Below are positions 28,391-38,717 of a stretch of DNA of 64,000 nucleotides, piece by piece. The translations under genes and the position numbers were made by a program. The DNA is from Candidatus Bathyarchaeota archaeon (GTDB taxonomy: Archaea; Thermoproteota; Bathyarchaeia; Bathyarchaeales; Bathycorpusculaceae): assembly GCA_963720565.1 (NCBI GenBank), contig CAVRFW010000008.1, positions 45,415 to 109,414 of the forward strand. The letters are read 5' to 3'. The first letter of the stretch is position 1, and each line of letters opens with the position of its first letter. The notes under the pieces were generated by a model that searched no databases, had not been told where the DNA came from, and worked only from the letters and a program-made list of their open reading frames with translations.

Positions 28391-28825
28391 TTATTTTTTC
28401 TTTCCGGCCATTGCTTTCTTGGCGATTTCAACGCCTTCTTCCTTGTTTTTGCCGAAAAGTGCCCCCATTGCAGTTGCATCTTCCTTCTTGATTGCAGCGC
28501 CGCCCATGATAAGCATAACTTTGTCTTTGAGTCCAGCTGCTTTTAGTGCTTCATCTAGTTTTGCCAAATTGTTCTTTGCCGGTACTGTGTTTACGGAGAG
28601 TGCGATTATGTCAGCGTTTGTTTCTTTTGCTTTGTCAATGAAGACTTGTGGAGCAACACTTTTGCCGACGTCAATAGTCTTGAATCCCGCTCTTTTTAGT
28701 GATCTGCGGACTGCTTCTTTTGCTGTGTCGTGCATGTCTGGTTCGATGTTTCCGATGACAACTGTGCCGATTGGGTTTTCTGGTTCAGGAGGTTCTTTTT
28801 CCATCATAGATTTAAGCCATGACAT
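28391..28825 (-). CDS. Corrinoid (cobalamin-binding) protein, Rossmann domain only
   Basis: VVIGNIEPDMHDTAK (DxH), GFKTIDVG, ADIIALS, IMGGA; 144 aa with no cap domain. Confidence 0.88.
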   Translation of the reverse strand: MSWLKSMMEKEPPEPENPIGTVVIGNIEPDMHDTAKEAVRRSLKRAGFKTIDVGKSVAPQVFIDKAKETNADIIALSVNTVPAKNNLAKLDEALKAAGLKDKVMLIMGGAAIKKEDATAMGALFGKNKEEGVEIAKKAMAGKKK

Positions 28826-28951
28826 TTAAACACCACTTTTCCTTGGTTTTTTATACCCTCGCTTTTTATACTCGAATAATGTATTTAAACTTTGACTCTG
28901 AAACGTCCCCATCCATTCAATAACAAAAATGATGATTCGGGAAGACGAGAA

Positions 28952-31280
28952 ATGTCCAAAACGTCGCGTCACTACCTTTTACTGTTTCTGATTTTTGCAT
29001 TCTCATTTAGCTATCGCATGCTTCTCATGCACTGGGAAACATACCCGCCCGGAGCAGACATCGGTCTTCACGAAAGTGTAATCTACTCGATAATTGGGTC
29101 AGGAAATACGAATTTTGCATATAATAACTACCAGATGGGAGGAGGGTTGTCTCTAACCTTCCCAGGATTTCACATATTCGTTTCATACGTGATGATGATG
29201 ACGGGTATGCCTGACTACTTGGCACTCTCAACAGTTGTTTCATTCTTCTCTTCGTTTATCGTCCTGTGCGCATACCTAATTGCACGAGTCTTTCAAGGAG
29301 AAGCAGCTGCATTAACGGTGGCTTTCCTAGCAGCGATTTCACGCTTTGATATAGAAATGCTGCTTTGGGGCGGTTTCCCCAACGTGGTAACGCTCATGCT
29401 TATGCCCTTAGCGTTCTATCTGTTTATGCAAAGAGAAAGATTCTCCCTAGCTGCCTTTTCTTGTAGCAACCACAATATTGTCAGGATCAATCTTTCTGAC
29501 CCACTCTATTAGCGCAGTTCTCTTCGTTTTGATAACAATTCTCACCGCAGCGTTAGCGACTATTTTTTCGAGACAAGTCGGCGTTTCAAGAACACATGCT
29601 CTATCCTGGGTTTTGCCTCTTTTTCTGGGGGCCCTCATTGTTTTGCCATTCTTGACAGAGGCTGCTGGAGCATATCTGACTAATGCCAGTCAGCTTAAAG
29701 TTGTCATGAGCGACATTCAAGATGCGCTTCTCTCAACGAGAATTCTGCCTCTAGAGTACGTATTGCCTAGTTTCATCTGTATTCCCCTGTTCTTTCTTTT
29801 CTCAAGAGAATACAAAAAGCGGTTTTTCACAGTGCCTTCTTTGCTTCTTGCAGTCTGGGTAGCAGTACCGCTTCTTCTCACCCAAGGATACATTGTGGGA
29901 TTCTACACAGATTACAACAGATTTCTGTATTACGTTATTCTCCCAGCCGTGATTCTAATCGCTATGGCAATCGATCACGGTTCCAGCTTTTTTGCTGAAA
30001 TGGTAGACATCTATTTGTCCGTGAAAAAGCGAGTAACTACTGCAATAAGCAGCAGCGAATACACTTGTTGGTTAATGCCTTCTCGGTCACGCAAAACCCT
30101 CTATGCATGTTTCTCTTTGGTTCTACTTATCTTAGCATTCTTCGCTGTGCCCATCTTCTTGACCCCCGTTCAAGGGGTAACTATCCAGAGCTTTTACCAA
30201 ACTATGAATAGTCCAGAGTATGAAGCCATTGAATGGGCGCGAAAGAACACCGCAACTGATTCGATTTTTGTTTCCGACGCGCTTTACGGGTGGTGGTTCT
30301 CAGGCTTCGCACAGCGGTCCGTAATAAGCGCCGTTGACCCCCAGTATCTAGCGCTTGCACGCGAGGTTGGACCCGCAGAGTTTGCCAAGAATTTGCTCGA
30401 CACAGACTATGTTATAGATAACGGATTGATTCAAGTCCGAGAAGACGGGGGATATATTGGAAGACATAACCCTATGTTTTTGACCAAGCTTAACTGGACT
30501 TATTTTCCTTACGCTTTCCTAAATTTCAACAACGCTGAAACACAAATAACATATCAAGTAAACGGGAATCCTCAGTCTATATGTTTAGATCAGGTTCCAG
30601 TGCGCGAGATGTGGATTGAAAACGACAGCAAACAAGCGACCATTGTTGTAAAAAAGGGAAATGATTTCGTCAATTATACTCAGCTAGTGTCAATTTACCA
30701 AGGACTTAATTTTGTAAACATGTCAATTTCGTTGGAAAGTCAATTAGACTATGTTAGCCTAAATCGGATCGATTTCACGATACACAGCAAAGGCAGAGTT
30801 GTCGGCGAGATAGAATGCAAGACTGTTGGTTTGTTGGATGAAGGCGTGAAGGCATTTAGCCAGTTGATTTTCGATAAGAGACTGCCTAATAGAGTTGACT
30901 GGGATAACGAAGAAAGCCCTGGCATAATAGAACTAGAGTACTACTTGGAAAAATCATCTAAGTCAGAAATCCAGATTTCAGTAGGAACCTACTCGGTTAC
31001 AGATGATTTGAAGTATTACCTAGACAAAGAGATAACAGAGGAATACTTCAGAGAAATAATCAAGAGTAATTTAGATTCGCCTAGAAAGGGTGGAAACCTC
31101 ACTATTGCAGCCTTTGACTACAGAAGCGCTATGAAAAACAACTCAGTCACCTATGTTGCGCTTCGCGATTTCGATTTAATCCCCAAGTTTGTCAAGGATC
31201 CGGTTTTTGGTTTGGTCTTTATTAATGATTATGTTGCAATATTTGCTGTGAAAGAAGCTCGACTAAGTGGTGCAGAATAG
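28952..31280 (+). CDS. GT-C superfamily multi-TM glycosyltransferase (AglB/PMT-like architecture), one frameshift
   Basis: PPGADIGLH first-loop motif, PGFH, LLWGGFPN, YNRFLYY, AIEWARKNT...SDALYGWW. Two ORF-track pieces (28892-29512, 29478-31280) join via a +1 shift near 29453. Confidence 0.7.
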
Positions 31281-31282
31281 TC

Positions 31283-33583
31283 GTGTTGCAATTGCCTCCT
31301 TTGAAGGAGAAAACTGTTGAGATTGCGTTTGCAGCTGTTTTTTCAGCGGTGATTATGGTTGTTTTCTACGCGCTTATTTCGATGAATGGGTTGGTTTTGG
31401 GTAATGATCCGGCTGTTCATTTGGAGAAGGCGCAGATTTTCTTGCAAACGGGCAAAATACCGTTGGAGAACTTGGGTTGGACTCCGCCTCTCTTCCAGCT
31501 TTTGCTGGCTGCCTTGATTTCTTTGACGGGAGCTAGTAGTCTTGAGCAGTTGATTTTTTTGGAAAAAACGTTGGCCGTACTCGTTGATTGGTTGTTGTTC
31601 TTCTCTGTCTACTTGATTGGTACCAAGTTCTTCGGTAAGAAAGTCGGCGGGATTGCTGCGGTGCTGTTGCTCTTTTGTTTTCCAATGTTCGAGATGAACC
31701 TATGGGGGGGTTACACCAGTGTGCTCGGGTTAGCGTTTATGTTTTTGTTGTTCCTGTATTTACCCTTAGCAGTCAAGGATTTCGGACACGTTGTAGTTGC
31801 TTTTTTGGTAGCGTTTTCTCTGGTTTTGTCCCATCAACTCGCCATGTTTCTGACGGTGCTGATATTGCCCCCTATCCTTCTGTACATGCTAATGAAGTTC
31901 AGAGGTAGGCAGCTTAAGGCTTTAATCGCGGTGGTGCTGGGCGGAGGAATCGCTTTTTTCCTCTACTATTTTCAGGCAATGATACCTTACCTGGGCGTTC
32001 TCATTGAGCATGTTTTCTTCATGCAGAAAACGACACTCTACCAGATTCCGGCGACAACGCTAAATGCTTTCATGGTAAATTTCGGTTTCGTGTTCATAAC
32101 TTCTATATTCGGCATCTTCATCGCGTTCTTCAACTTGAGGGCAAGAAAAGAGCCTCTGCTGTTTATCATCCTGCTAGTGAGTTTTGTTGTTCCTTTAGTT
32201 TTGGCGGAGTCTCATTTGTTTGGGTTATATTTGCCTTTTCACTGGTTTGTTTACTACCTCATGCCGGGAATGGTGATTCTCGCAGCTGTTTCCTTGGATT
32301 TTGCCTTTAACAAGTTCTCAGAGTTCTATCTTAGAAACAGGAAGAAGTGGAGTAAGCTTCGGTTGAGGGCAGTAACCATCTTCTTAATCACAATGGTCTC
32401 TCTGCTGTTTCTGGTTCGCTTTGGAACTGTCTACGGCAAGATAATGGAAGCTAGCGTGTACTATTCAACATCTGACCTGAAAGCGTACGATGCGGGAATC
32501 TGGCTCAAAACCAATTTTCCCGGTGAAGCAACTGTTGTGGTGACAGAGGTTCCTGGGTTTTGGTTTAGGTTGTTTTCGGGCAAAACTGTGATCGCTGCCA
32601 CTGATCCAGTTGTGGAAAGAAACAAGATTGCAGAGTCAGTTCTAGACTTGTCCTACGAGCTGGATCACTCTGTAACAATGATCAGGGCTTACGAGTCAAA
32701 AGGTGACATTTCTGACGAAAACTATGTTTCAATTAATGATGTCTGGAATAGAGTTTCCTATTCGGCTGCGGACGGAGACTTCATATCCTACAGTCAGAAC
32801 GGTGTCGAAAAAGATAGGATGGCCTTGGCTACTTTTGACAGAGAGATAGTTTTTGACGATGGGAGCATGCCTAAGAAGGTTACGATAAGCTACTCTAACG
32901 TAGATGTAACCGTGACTAAAACCATGGTTATGCAGAATGATAGTTACCCAATAAGCGTTACTTGGACGTTATCTCCTAATGCAAGCGAGATTAGGAATGT
33001 CGTCTTGAACATAACCACCTTCTTCGATCTCCACTTCTCCTTCAATAGCGCATATGTTCCAGGTGTACTGGATTGGGAGAACCCTTGGGACAGACCTTCT
33101 GACTCTCAAGGAACCGATTGGGCAGTCGTCAGTTTCACGCCATCAACCTTAACAGACAACTATTTAGGATTCTACGATGAAGAGGAGGAAGTCGCTCTTG
33201 CAGTAAAGTTCGGAGAACTTCCGGATTGGGGTAATGTGGGTGCCTTAGGTAGCAGGCAGATTGACGCGATGAGGTTCCGATACAACTTTGACGTCATCAG
33301 TGTTGGCCAAGCTGCATCCTTCGGATACAAGATACTCACCTTTTCCAAGAGCAGCTATCCTGGGATGCAACAGTTAAGTGATCTAAAAAGCCTGCTTGAC
33401 GTCAAATCTGCCACCACATTCATCATTGATAGTAGGAACTACCGAGATTACATCGAAGAAAACGACATAAAATTCATCGTTTATGACAAGAACCAACTTG
33501 ACACTAAAATAATCAACTGTAGATTATTAGAACTTGTTTACTCGAACGATAGATACGTCATCTTCAAAATAAAAGGCGACTAA
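31283..33583 (+). CDS. GT-C superfamily multi-TM glycosyltransferase, paralog of the preceding gene
   Basis: GNDPAVHL, WTPPLF, NLWGGY, AGIWLKTNFP...VPGFWF, C-terminal LVYSNDRYVIF; starts 2 nt after the paralog's stop. Confidence 0.7.
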   Translation: MLQLPPLKEKTVEIAFAAVFSAVIMVVFYALISMNGLVLGNDPAVHLEKAQIFLQTGKIPLENLGWTPPLFQLLLAALISLTGASSLEQLIFLEKTLAVLVDWLLFFSVYLIGTKFFGKKVGGIAAVLLLFCFPMFEMNLWGGYTSVLGLAFMFLLFLYLPLAVKDFGHVVVAFLVAFSLVLSHQLAMFLTVLILPPILLYMLMKFRGRQLKALIAVVLGGGIAFFLYYFQAMIPYLGVLIEHVFFMQKTTLYQIPATTLNAFMVNFGFVFITSIFGIFIAFFNLRARKEPLLFIILLVSFVVPLVLAESHLFGLYLPFHWFVYYLMPGMVILAAVSLDFAFNKFSEFYLRNRKKWSKLRLRAVTIFLITMVSLLFLVRFGTVYGKIMEASVYYSTSDLKAYDAGIWLKTNFPGEATVVVTEVPGFWFRLFSGKTVIAATDPVVERNKIAESVLDLSYELDHSVTMIRAYESKGDISDENYVSINDVWNRVSYSAADGDFISYSQNGVEKDRMALATFDREIVFDDGSMPKKVTISYSNVDVTVTKTMVMQNDSYPISVTWTLSPNASEIRNVVLNITTFFDLHFSFNSAYVPGVLDWENPWDRPSDSQGTDWAVVSFTPSTLTDNYLGFYDEEEEVALAVKFGELPDWGNVGALGSRQIDAMRFRYNFDVISVGQAASFGYKILTFSKSSYPGMQQLSDLKSLLDVKSATTFIIDSRNYRDYIEENDIKFIVYDKNQLDTKIINCRLLELVYSNDRYVIFKIKGD

Positions 33584-33687
33584 CAGCTTGAAAACCGTTT
33601 AGACCAAGATTGCCTTCTCATTACTTGAAGCCTCAAGCTTAACGCTTACTCTTTAAGAAGAAGTAGAAAAGGGATGTTGTTGCTGGT

Positions 33688-34746
33688 TTATTCTTCTCGG
33701 AGAACTTTGGGTATGTATGCGCATGCTGGGTCGGATTCGAACAGGTCGCCAGTGTAGTACTCAGCTCGTGTTCTGCAACCGCCGCAAATTTCGCGGTACT
33801 CGCATACACCACATTTGCCCTTAATATTGCTCTTGTCTCGGAGCTTAAGATGCAAGTCGCTGTGCTGCAGTTCATCCCAGACCGTGGTTAGCTTTTTGTC
33901 TTTCAAGTTTCCTAGTCTGTAGCCTTCATGGAAACCACATGACCTATAATCACCGTTCTCTGTTACGCTCACATAGTTTCCGCCGATTGTGCATCTGCCT
34001 AGGAAGCCATTTTGGAACCAATCCCAAAAGTCTACTGGGTTTCTTTGGCGCACGATTCGGGCGTAAAATGGCGCGTAAACGTTGATTTTGACTTTTCCTG
34101 ACAGCTTCACTTGGAGGTCGTAAATCTCGTTGAATGCCGCTTCATACTCTTCCGGTGTAGGCGCCAAATCAGGCATGTTAGAGCCAGCGCGTCCCACAGG
34201 GACCAGGTTATGGTAGACAACCATTCTTGCTTTGTATTCTTCGCCTAATGCGGCTGGGTGAGCCATGTCCTTGATGTTGTACTTGGTCATGGTCGTGACT
34301 ATGCAGTCCAAGAGACCGTTCTCAGATAGTTTCTTCATGGCGTAAAGAGCTTTGTCGTAGCTTCCTTTGCGTCTGATTATGTCGTTTGAGTTTCTGTCAC
34401 CATCCACGCTCACAGCAGTGTGCACTTCGTACTTTGCAAGCTTGTCAAGACGTTCTTGATCGAAGGCGAACCCGCTTGTAATGAGGCTTACTTCCATGCC
34501 GTATGTTTCCTTGGCATATTTTATTACGTCAAAAATGTCTTGTCGCACTAGAGGTTCTCCACCGCTTATTCCGAACCATGGAGAGCCGAAGTCGTGGATT
34601 TCATCAACCATTTTGTAGGCTGTTTTGGTGTCTATTTCGGTGTCTTTGGCGTATTCAGGAGTGTAACTGCAGTATAGGCAACTGCCCACACATCTTCTGG
34701 TGCACCGCCAAGTCACCATGTATAATGGTGCCTTTTTCGAAGCCAT
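33688..34746 (-). CDS. Radical SAM/SPASM protein (NirJ/AhbC-AhbD-like)
   Basis: CVGSCLYC, SGGEPL, SVDG, LVPVGRA; SPASM CTIG...CGVCEYREICGGCRTRA...DPAC. Start MASKK at 34746. Confidence 0.85.
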   Translation of the reverse strand: MASKKAPLYMVTWRCTRRCVGSCLYCSYTPEYAKDTEIDTKTAYKMVDEIHDFGSPWFGISGGEPLVRQDIFDVIKYAKETYGMEVSLITSGFAFDQERLDKLAKYEVHTAVSVDGDRNSNDIIRRKGSYDKALYAMKKLSENGLLDCIVTTMTKYNIKDMAHPAALGEEYKARMVVYHNLVPVGRAGSNMPDLAPTPEEYEAAFNEIYDLQVKLSGKVKINVYAPFYARIVRQRNPVDFWDWFQNGFLGRCTIGGNYVSVTENGDYRSCGFHEGYRLGNLKDKKLTTVWDELQHSDLHLKLRDKSNIKGKCGVCEYREICGGCRTRAEYYTGDLFESDPACAYIPKVLREE

Positions 34747-34915
34747 CAATTTCACAAGCAAAGCTAGATAAAACTTCGCGATATAAAACTTGCTCCTATC
34801 AACCGAGTTTTCAAGTATCTGCGAAGGGGGACAGTGTAGGCTGCCAAACCTTGTGGGTGTTTCCAAGCAGGTGCCGTCAGCTTTGTTCTAACTGAAGCAG
34901 GAAGACGTGTCAGTT

Positions 34916-36862
34916 TTACATTCGTTCTGGGGCGACTATCCCGATTAGATTGAGTGCATTATACAGTACTGTGCGGATTGAATCAGTCAGGGCTATTCTG
35001 GCGTCGCTGAGTTCTTTCGGTTCGGCCCTAATGACTGGCAAGGCGTTATAGAAAGTGTTAAACTTGTCAGCGAGTGCATTGGCGTAGTCAGCAATTAGGT
35101 TGGGTTTTAGGTATTCCGTGGAATCTATGAATGTATCGGGGAAACTGGCTAGAGATAATACGAGTTCGCGTTCCAGTTTTTCCGTTAGGAGTTCAAAGCC
35201 TGGATTGCCGGCTTTTCTTGCTGCTTTGCGGAGGATGCTGCAGGCCCTTGCGTGGGTATATTGAACGTAGGGCGCGCTGTTGGTTTCGAAGTTTAGCACT
35301 CTGTCCCAGGTGAAAACTACAGGTTTTGAAGAGTCAACATCGACCAGGGCGTATCGTACAGCGCCAATGCCGACGAAGTTTGCGATTTGGCGTTTTTCGT
35401 CTTCGGTTAGTTGTGGTGAGCGTTTCGAAACCTCTTCGTAAGCTCGTTGAACTGCTTCGTCTAAGACTTCGTCGAATGTGATGTAGTGTCCCCGGCGGCT
35501 GCTCATCTTGTAACCCGGTAGCGTGACTAGGTTGTATGCGAAGTGAACGAAGTTGTCTGCGTATTTGTCGTAGCCTAAGGCGTAGAGAGCTATTTTCAAC
35601 TGTAATTGTGCCAACGACTGTTCCATTCCGATGACGTTTATGACTTTTTCTGCTTTTGAGAACTTCCATAAGGAATACGCAACGTCTCGAGTAGTGTAGA
35701 GTGTTGTGCCATCAGCCCGCCCCAGTGTTAAGGGGGGAATTTCGTGGTCTTCTTTTAAGCCCAGTTTGCTTTTCAGGTTTAAGGTGTGGGCTACTTTTTC
35801 AGCGTCAAACTCGAGGACGCCGCCTTCGCTGTGAACATATGGTGAGGTTTTTAGTCTTTGAAGAACCTCGCTGACTTGACCGCTCCAAACAAAATCGCTT
35901 TCCCAGTCCCATGAATCGTAGGATATTTCCACTCGCTCTTGCGTTTTCCTGAAGCCTTGGAGACATAACTCGCTGACTTCGCGGATAACACTCTTGGCCT
36001 TTGGTTCTCCGTTTTCGTAGGCGCGGTTCAGCCGGTTGATTTCTTCCTCTGGATCTTTGTCGGCGGTGATTTTTTCAAGGAGTTTTTCGAAGAGCTCGGG
36101 GAATTTCTCCTTGAGCTCTGCTGCGATGGACATCCACTCATCAATGTCTTTGGTGATCTTGGCTATCTCGTCAGGTGATGAAGTGGTTTTGGCGAGGTTG
36201 AGTGCTTTTCTTAGGCGTTGAAGCTCCACTATGCAGCTGGTTACCGTGTAAATTTTGCCAACAAAACTGTCGCTCTTTTCATCGGGCTTGGGTTTTCCAA
36301 GCTTGATGTAGCCGTAGGCGATGACTGAGGATTGACGTCCTACGTCGTCAATGTAGTAGTGCCGAGAAACGGTATGACCTCTCTGCATCAAAATTCGAGC
36401 TATTGCATCACCAAGCATTGGGTTTCTTGCTTGTCCTATGTGGATAGGGTGCAAGGGGTTAACGCTGGTGTGTTCAACGATTATTTTCAGGGGTTGTTTG
36501 ATCTTGATGAAACCGTAAGATGAACGCAGTTTCATAATCGACTCAACGGTCAGCAAAGAAAATTTGGGAAAATTCACGTGAAAATTCAGGTATCCGCCTG
36601 CAACGGTGCAGGATTCTATTAGGCGGAATTTTTTTTTGTTAATGGACTTGACCAGGTGTGCTGCTAAATCGGCTGGTTTCTGGTTTAGTTTTTTAGCAAG
36701 TTCAAAGCACAGGGAAGAGGAGAGTTGTCCAAACTCGAGGTTTGGAGGCTTAGACAAGGGTAGTGCCTCAATTCGGATTTCAGGAATGGTTTTCTTTAAC
36801 GCTTCCGCTAGGATGAGCTGGCATTCGTTGCGGAACTGAGCGAATGGGTTTTCCGAGGTCAT
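34916..36862 (-). CDS. argS: Arginine--tRNA ligase
   Basis: EHTSVNPLHPIHIGQARN (HIGH), RADGTTLYTTRD, KMSSRRG, PYVQYTHARACSILRK. Confidence 0.97.
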   Translation of the reverse strand: MTSENPFAQFRNECQLILAEALKKTIPEIRIEALPLSKPPNLEFGQLSSSLCFELAKKLNQKPADLAAHLVKSINKKKFRLIESCTVAGGYLNFHVNFPKFSLLTVESIMKLRSSYGFIKIKQPLKIIVEHTSVNPLHPIHIGQARNPMLGDAIARILMQRGHTVSRHYYIDDVGRQSSVIAYGYIKLGKPKPDEKSDSFVGKIYTVTSCIVELQRLRKALNLAKTTSSPDEIAKITKDIDEWMSIAAELKEKFPELFEKLLEKITADKDPEEEINRLNRAYENGEPKAKSVIREVSELCLQGFRKTQERVEISYDSWDWESDFVWSGQVSEVLQRLKTSPYVHSEGGVLEFDAEKVAHTLNLKSKLGLKEDHEIPPLTLGRADGTTLYTTRDVAYSLWKFSKAEKVINVIGMEQSLAQLQLKIALYALGYDKYADNFVHFAYNLVTLPGYKMSSRRGHYITFDEVLDEAVQRAYEEVSKRSPQLTEDEKRQIANFVGIGAVRYALVDVDSSKPVVFTWDRVLNFETNSAPYVQYTHARACSILRKAARKAGNPGFELLTEKLERELVLSLASFPDTFIDSTEYLKPNLIADYANALADKFNTFYNALPVIRAEPKELSDARIALTDSIRTVLYNALNLIGIVAPERM

Positions 36863-36957
36863 TGAGGGTATCTCCGTTCAGGTATTTTTGGGAGAGCGCT
36901 AAACCTTTAAGGGTAGGTTGTATTTTAATGTGAAAAACGTCGCTTATCTACATATGG

Positions 36958-37818
36958 ATGCAGCAGACAATGAGAACAAAAATAATTTTTTCAGAAAAAA
37001 GTTTACGTTATGGTGCATGGCACATCGAAGGACCGACAAGAGTGAAGATAGCCGTCGAAACGCTGAAAGGGAAAGGATACGATTTTACTGAACCTACCCC
37101 TGCTTGTGAAGATGATTTGCTCAGTGTGCACGATCCAGATTACATTTGGAACCTCAAAAAAGGTTTGGTGGAAGACCCGGATACTCCGGCTTACGATAAT
37201 ATTTACGAGTACGCTCGGCTTTCGGTGGGAGGGGCATTGCTTGCTGCAAAAATCAACGGTTTTTCGCTGATGAGACCCCCCGGTCACCATGCTGGAAGGA
37301 ACGGCGCAGCTTTGGGAGTACATACGCGTGGATTCTGCTACTTGAACAATATTGCGATAGCCGTGAGAATTCTAAACAAGAAAGCATTGATTCTGGATGT
37401 CGATGGTCACCATGGAAACGGAACACAGGAGATTTTTCAAGGTGACAAGAAGGTAACGTACGTTTCGTTGCATCGGGTTCCGCATTATCCTGGCACGGGT
37501 TTGCGCTCAGAAGGCAATTGCCTGAACTTTCCTTTACCCGCTGACTGTGGTGAGCCACTATACCTGAAAACCCTAGATCAAGCGTTGAAAGCGGTTGACG
37601 CAAACAAGTTTGAAATTCTAGCTGTTTCAGTTGGTTTTGACACTCACGCGGGGGACTTGGCATCGTTAGGCTTGACAGAAAACAGTTTCAATGAGATAGG
37701 AAAGAGAATCGCCTCACTTAGGAAACCTACATTCTTCATAATGGAAGGCGGATACATTGGTGAGGCAAACGGAAAAGATATTGACTGCTTTCTGAAGGGT
37801 TATGAAGGAGAATCGTAG
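36958..37818 (+). CDS. Histone deacetylase family (acetoin utilisation/acetylpolyamine amidohydrolase-like)
   Basis: RPPGHHA, GFCYLNNIAIA, DVDGHHGNGTQEIF, GFDTH, EGGY. Confidence 0.92.
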   Translation: MQQTMRTKIIFSEKSLRYGAWHIEGPTRVKIAVETLKGKGYDFTEPTPACEDDLLSVHDPDYIWNLKKGLVEDPDTPAYDNIYEYARLSVGGALLAAKINGFSLMRPPGHHAGRNGAALGVHTRGFCYLNNIAIAVRILNKKALILDVDGHHGNGTQEIFQGDKKVTYVSLHRVPHYPGTGLRSEGNCLNFPLPADCGEPLYLKTLDQALKAVDANKFEILAVSVGFDTHAGDLASLGLTENSFNEIGKRIASLRKPTFFIMEGGYIGEANGKDIDCFLKGYEGES

Positions 37819-37881
37819 ATACAGGTAGCCTGCAAAAACTGTTACCCTAAAGATTCTGGTTTGAAGCAGGTTTGAAAAGAG

Positions 37882-38499
37882 CTATTTTTGTTTTTGAGAT
37901 TGCGCCTTCTTGTTGAGCGCTTCGAGTTTTTCGGTGACTTTTTGCGATCGTTTCTCAGCGTCGGCCAGAAGTGGTTTCCAGTCTTTGTTTTTGATTGTGT
38001 TGGTTAAGCGTTCAGTTTCTATCGGAAGCCTTTCCAGTGCCCCTGAGAATCGCTGTTCTGCTTCTTCATCCGTGGTAATCGTTTCCAAGGCTTCTTCAGG
38101 GCAGGCTTCGACGCATTTTGGTTCGCCTCCACAGAAATCGCATGTTGTAGCTTTGCCAGTGTCGGGGTGTATTGTAATTCCTCCATGGTCGCACGCTTGG
38201 ACGCACCAGTCGCAGCCTTTGCATTGTTTTTCCTTGAGCATTATTATGCCAGTATTTTCAGATTGAACCAGAGCTTTTTCCGGACAAGCTTTAACACATT
38301 TAGCATCTTCGCAGAATCTGCAAGCGAGTGCGAAATTGAACAACGGCGTCATGCGAACGACGCGAATGCGGGAGCGTATTGGGTTCCAGATTGTTTCGCC
38401 TTTCTCCAAAGTGCAGGCATATTCGCAAATTCCGCAGCCAGTACACTTACTTGGGTCAACTGAGACAAATTTTCTGGATTCAAACTTGGAAGGTGACAT
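37882..38499 (-). CDS. 4x[4Fe-4S] electron-transfer protein (CooF/DmsB-like) with helical C-terminal tail
   Basis: CTGCGICEYAC, CRFCEDAKCVKACP, CKGCDWCVQAC, CDFCGGEPKCVEACP. Confidence 0.88.
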   Translation of the reverse strand: MSPSKFESRKFVSVDPSKCTGCGICEYACTLEKGETIWNPIRSRIRVVRMTPLFNFALACRFCEDAKCVKACPEKALVQSENTGIIMLKEKQCKGCDWCVQACDHGGITIHPDTGKATTCDFCGGEPKCVEACPEEALETITTDEEAEQRFSGALERLPIETERLTNTIKNKDWKPLLADAEKRSQKVTEKLEALNKKAQSQKQK

Positions 38500-38717
38500 T
38501 TCTGATATTTGAGTTGTTTGGAGTATCTAAATATTTCTGTATTTTCGACTTATTTTCTTTGAGTTACTCTGGAAAATCCGCGTCCAACCATGTTCCTGTG
38601 GAAATTCTGAGTCTCGGATTTGGCTTTTCCGTTCTGAGAGAAAATGCCATTGCTAAAGCTTCTGTGTTTGGGAGAGACAGGGTATTCTAAGCAATGAGAA
38701 GGAAAAAAGGAGAGGGA

